From positions 1 to 64,000 of the forward strand of contig JAPEUD010000036.1 of assembly GCA_026026165.1 (NCBI GenBank): 64,000 nt of DNA. The letters run 5' to 3'. The notes under the pieces are model-generated. The model worked only from the letters and a program-made list of their open reading frames with translations. It did not search any database and was not told the DNA's origin. Positions within the stretch are counted from its first letter, which is position 1; the number at the start of each line of letters is the position of its first letter. Of this stretch, positions 59,884 to 64,000 are shown piece after piece. The stretch is from Sarea resinae (lineage: Eukaryota). The translations under genes and the position numbers were made by a program.

Positions 59884-62800
59884 TCACATATCCGACGCCA
59901 GGCCCACGTCCACGTCCACGCCATGCTCCCCGCCACCACCACGGGCACCATCGCCATCAAGCGCATCATCCAACTCGTCAACCGGGATCCTGCCCCTCAA
60001 CCAAGCCAGCACGGCATCCGTACCCAGCTCGAGAATCGTATACCGTGGGACCTTGAACCGGTTTCCGCCGACCTCAAGCACCTTGAGCTCGCCCTCTAGG
60101 AGCCCCAGTTTCGGCGGCAGCTGAGCGATGTCGTTGCCGCTGAGCACCAGCTGGCGCAGCCCGCGCGCCATCTCGACCGTGAGCTCGCCGATGGAATTGT
60201 CGGCCGCGAGGACGGCTACCAGGGCCGGGAAGCGGGAGCGGAGGATCGGGAGCGAGGAGAGCCGGTTTGCAGAGACGTTGAGAGTGACGAGGGAAGGGCT
60301 GTCGAGGTGGGTGAGGAGCGGATCGAGCGAGGACAGCGAGTTGGCGCTGAGGTCTAGATACTGGAGGCATGGGAGCGACAGCGGATGAGCAAGGTAGTCG
60401 TCAGCGCGGAGTTTGTTGTGGGCGAGATTGAGCGTGGTGAGTTTGGCGGCGAACAGCGAAAGCGAAGCTGTGGGCACGGCGGAGAAGAGGTTGTGGTGTA
60501 GGATGAGGCTACGAATGGCCGTATTCTCGGATGTCGATATGGCCGCGATTTGCGTATCGTCGAGCACGTCGAGATCTTTGCCCGACAGGTCCAGTACACC
60601 GCCTTGTTTGATTTGCCACTGAGTCGGTTCTGGGGTCGAGCGCGCAGAGTGGTATTGGTCTTCTTCGTCGGCAACGGATCCTTCGGTGGCTGCCTCGTCC
60701 TTTTGGGCAGGAGCTAGGCGGTTGCGGAGGTCGCGTTTCAGGTCGTCGGTAATCATGGTGAGGAATTTGCGCTCGCGGAGGGGATTGTTGCCTATCCGGA
60801 AGATCTCCAAGCTCTCCATCTGCCCAATATGCTCGTCCAGAGACGTCAGATCGTTTCCCGCAAAATCGACGTTCCTGATCTTCGGAAGACTGGTGAAACC
60901 TTCGGGAATGCTGGGAATTTTGTTATCCTCAGCAGCGAGGGTGAGTAGCTGTGTCCAGGTCGACATATTGGGAAAAGAAGCAATCCGGTTATAGGAGAGC
61001 AAAAAAGATTGCAAAGCTGGTAGATCAAGCGTTCCAGATGCCGTGAGGGCCGTTAGAGAATTTCCGGTAATATTGAAAGATTGCAAGAAAGCCAATTTTG
61101 TGACGCTGGCTGGAATAAGAGTGCCGCTCAATTTATTCTTGGAGATGTTCAAGTCGGATAAAGGTAGTTCACTGAGAGCCTCGAAAGGGATGGTAGTAAG
61201 CTCGTTCTCCGCGACGTTAAGGTTTCTAAGGTGCAGAAGCTCGTTGATGCTTGATGGTAGCGCTGAAATCTTATTGCCGTGGAGATCGAGTACCTCAAGA
61301 TCGGAGAGATGACCAAGCTCTGGAGGAAGCTCGTCTGACAGGTTGTTGTTTGCCAACCTCAGATCGTGAAGGGTCGGAATCTGGCTTATAACAGTAAAGA
61401 CATCGTTGTCAAGTTGATTATTCGACTGTATCAAAGGAAAGTCTGTAAGTAATTGTCCGCCAACCTTTACCACCACACAGGTAGATGCTAGCACTCACAA
61501 TATTCAAAATTGTTAATCGTTCTAGCCTTCGTAGCCCTAGCGGAACAGCCTTCAGGAGGTTGCCGTGAAGGTCGATGTTTTCTACTCCACCAAAAATGTT
61601 ACCTTGCTCCTCATCTTCCGGATTTGTTCCTTCCCGAGGATCATAGTCTGGAAAGACATTCGAAGGGAATTCCGAGATCTCATTATCTGCCGCAAGAAAG
61701 CGGACCAAGTCAACGCTTTCATACCAAGCGCCACTATCAGCTTCGACAGACTCTAAATTATACATTTTCATTACTTCCTCAGGGACCTCTTTGAGACCCA
61801 TTGCTGATATATTAAGGCGGCCATCGGTGCGGGCGGCATCGATCCTCTTTCGAAGAAGGCCTTTATTATTCGATAATCCCTGATTGAACGGATCAGTATC
61901 AAATTCGAAATCAAATCCCGAATTGACGCCATTAGCTCCTCCATCTTCAGCAACCGTATTTGCAAGCGACTTTCTTCCAGCGGACCGCCTGGCAGCCTTT
62001 GCTTTTGCAATAGTCTCACGGAGAGCACTTGACGAATTAGAAGTCTTTCGCGCTTCAACGGCTGGCGTAGGATGTTTCGATGGCGTCAGAGATTTCGATG
62101 GCGTCGGAGGTTTCGATGGCGTAAGGGGTTTCGGAGATCTCTTCGCTGATGCTCCCGATACCGATGTATTGGAGGAGCGTGGTGAGACCACAGGAGAGGG
62201 ATCTGCCGAACGCGGCTCTGAGGGCGCCGGAGACACATTTGCCTTAGGGAGATTGCCGAAAAGTCCGTTCAGAGAGGGTCTAGACCTCGGAGGTCTGATC
62301 ATCATGCTCTTGCTCCCTTTGGGGAGCGGCGAAGTCTTCTTCATCTGATTTGAGGCAGCAGAAGCAGGCCTTGCTGTTAATCCAGTATCTGTCCCAGAGT
62401 ATTGAGACCTATTTGGAGTTGCACTTGGCACTTGACCCGGTTTCAACGAGCTCGCAAAGCTACCTCTGCTATATGAAGAGCTAACGTTTCGCTTCCCCAT
62501 TGTTGGCAGCGAGGGTCGGGGACGCACAGAAGATGATTTCGGCACAGCAGGGGCCTTTGTTGGCGAGGCAGGCCGAGCGGGCTGGCGACCAGTCCCGAGG
62601 TAGTTTCCGAGACTTGACCCCGATCTGCTGTTATTACTCATCGCCGACGCCGGTCTAGAGGGGGGGCGCATAGGACTCTCCCCAGAGAAGAAGCTCGATC
62701 TTCTTCTCCGACTAGAAGGGGACGGTGGGACCTGTGAAATTGTCTCCATAGTTCGTTCTGAAAGGGATGGCCGTCCATGACGACGTATACTGGGCATTTC

Positions 62801-63325
62801 TTGGTTGCTCTCTTCATCGAAGACATCAAATCCTGATTGACTCGGCCCATCTGCAATGCCCTCCCCTTCTATTCCATACCTTCCACTCTGACTGGATGGA
62901 GGTCTGGAACAATTTTGCTGACGTGATGAAGGTCTTGATAAGTTTTGCTGACGAGATGATGGTCTTGATGTGTTCTGCTGACGAGATGGTGGCCTCAATG
63001 TCGGTTTCTTGAAAACGAACTCTTCGTTCTTCTTTTTCTCTGCGACGCTGCTTCGGGAAGGTGACGTAGTACCAGGTGAGACCTTCCTGAAGCCTGAGAT
63101 GCTTCTTCTATCCGCAGGTGCTCTCGGTCTTGTCGAGGCGGAAAGGCTGTCTCGAGAATGCGGGCTGCGTAGTGTATTTACGGGGACACCTGGATCTGCC
63201 GCCAACTTCTCTCTCGAAGGCGATGGGCGAAGAGCGTTTGTCAACCCTGTGCGCGGAACAGGTAACCTCGACAGGCGTGGGATCTGGGATCGCCTATTCT
63301 GCCCTTGGGTCGTTGTTTGGTCCAT
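59884..63325 (-). CDS. Leucine-rich-repeat protein (LRRC40-like) with a long Ser/Pro/Arg-rich N-terminus, 2 exons
   Basis: ARTDGRLNISAMGLKEVPEEV and WYESVDLVRFLAADNEI, many LxxLxLxxNxL repeats, GNNPLR, and a terminal GNRFKVPRYTILELGTDAVLAWLRGRIP. Intron 61498-61426. Confidence 0.9.
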
Positions 63326-64000
63326 GCTGAAAGCAATCCCTTTCTGGGTACTATGTCAGCATCTCTTTCCGTACACGTGCCCGGGCGGGTGGCAGTCCAG
63401 CAGCATAACGTACCTTTCGCGTCTTGCTGAGATACTCGCCTGTGAGTTTTTCTGCAGGTTCCTTCAGGATGGATGCAATTGTCTTTTAGGTGAGATCACC
63501 GTCATGGCAACGTCAATCAATGCCCCTCAACGGTCGAAAGCAAGGGCCCGATGGTGATGTGTGGAGGACACACCGCTCCGTTGCGGCTCTGCGACTCCCC
63601 GGCTTAATTGCTGAGGACCCTTTTTGGTGGTGTTGGTGGTGTTGGTGGTGTTGGTGGTTGCTGGTGGTTGCCGTTGTCTTGTTTACTCCTATCGGTTGCT
63701 CCGCTGGACCCAGATCCCAAAGCGGTCAAGTAAGGTTGGTCCGCCAATGAGAGGCCGGAAACGGCCTAAGGACGGCCCGCGCCCCGGTACCCGCGCCGCG
63801 CAGAGGCCATCGATCATTCATCTGCTCCAGCTTGGCCTCCCCTCCCACCCCCCCCAGCCTCCCTCATCTAAATCACCATAATCATACTCATCATCAACAC
63901 ACGACCTGGAACACAACACTCCAAACCTCACTCGACATCATCAGAACCCATCTTATGCTGATCGCATAAGTCATGCGATCCGCCAGACTCGGCTTGGAGC

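Noticed and set aside
1..64000. Transposons, tRNA/rRNA/snRNA genes, stop-codon readthrough signals
   Set aside because: No transposase, RT or integrase motifs, LTRs/TIRs, tRNA cloverleafs or snRNA signatures found by eye. The stop codons I checked lack the TGA-CTA context. Faint relics could have been missed.

Overview
Eukaryotic, intron-rich fungal DNA from a filamentous ascomycete (Pezizomycotina-type genes, CTRAC branch points, mostly short introns). I can model about 21 protein-coding genes and one pseudogene. In order: TOF1/Swi1 (5'-truncated), SnoaL-like cyclase, homeobox TF, PaaI/ACOT13 thioesterase, TFB2, a conserved hypothetical protein, THOC1/HPR1, Aquarius helicase, a Trp/Arg-rich small protein, MED27-like, F-box protein, a 52-aa Cys/His microprotein absent from the ORF track, a Zn-finger + APH kinase, an APH-type pseudogene, Crd2 metallothionein-like protein, AP-2 alpha adaptin, PLPBP/YggS, MscS-like channel, ARP6, GH49 dextranase, a GCIP-domain protein and an LRR protein. 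I found no tRNA, rRNA, CRISPR array or intact transposon. Most of the window is ordinary housekeeping DNA, and I cannot claim a proven new system. The strongest leads are: (1) the hidden spliced Cys/His microprotein in an accessory island next to the metallothionein; (2) two convergent genes whose TAG stop codons interlock in one CTAG; (3) a repeated architecture in which convergent gene ends are GC-rich and flanked by microsatellite islands; (4) three GC-AG introns among about 49; (5) an intronless GH49 dextranase inserted among core genes. Family calls rest on motif recognition from memory, not on database searches. Exon boundaries were worked out by hand.
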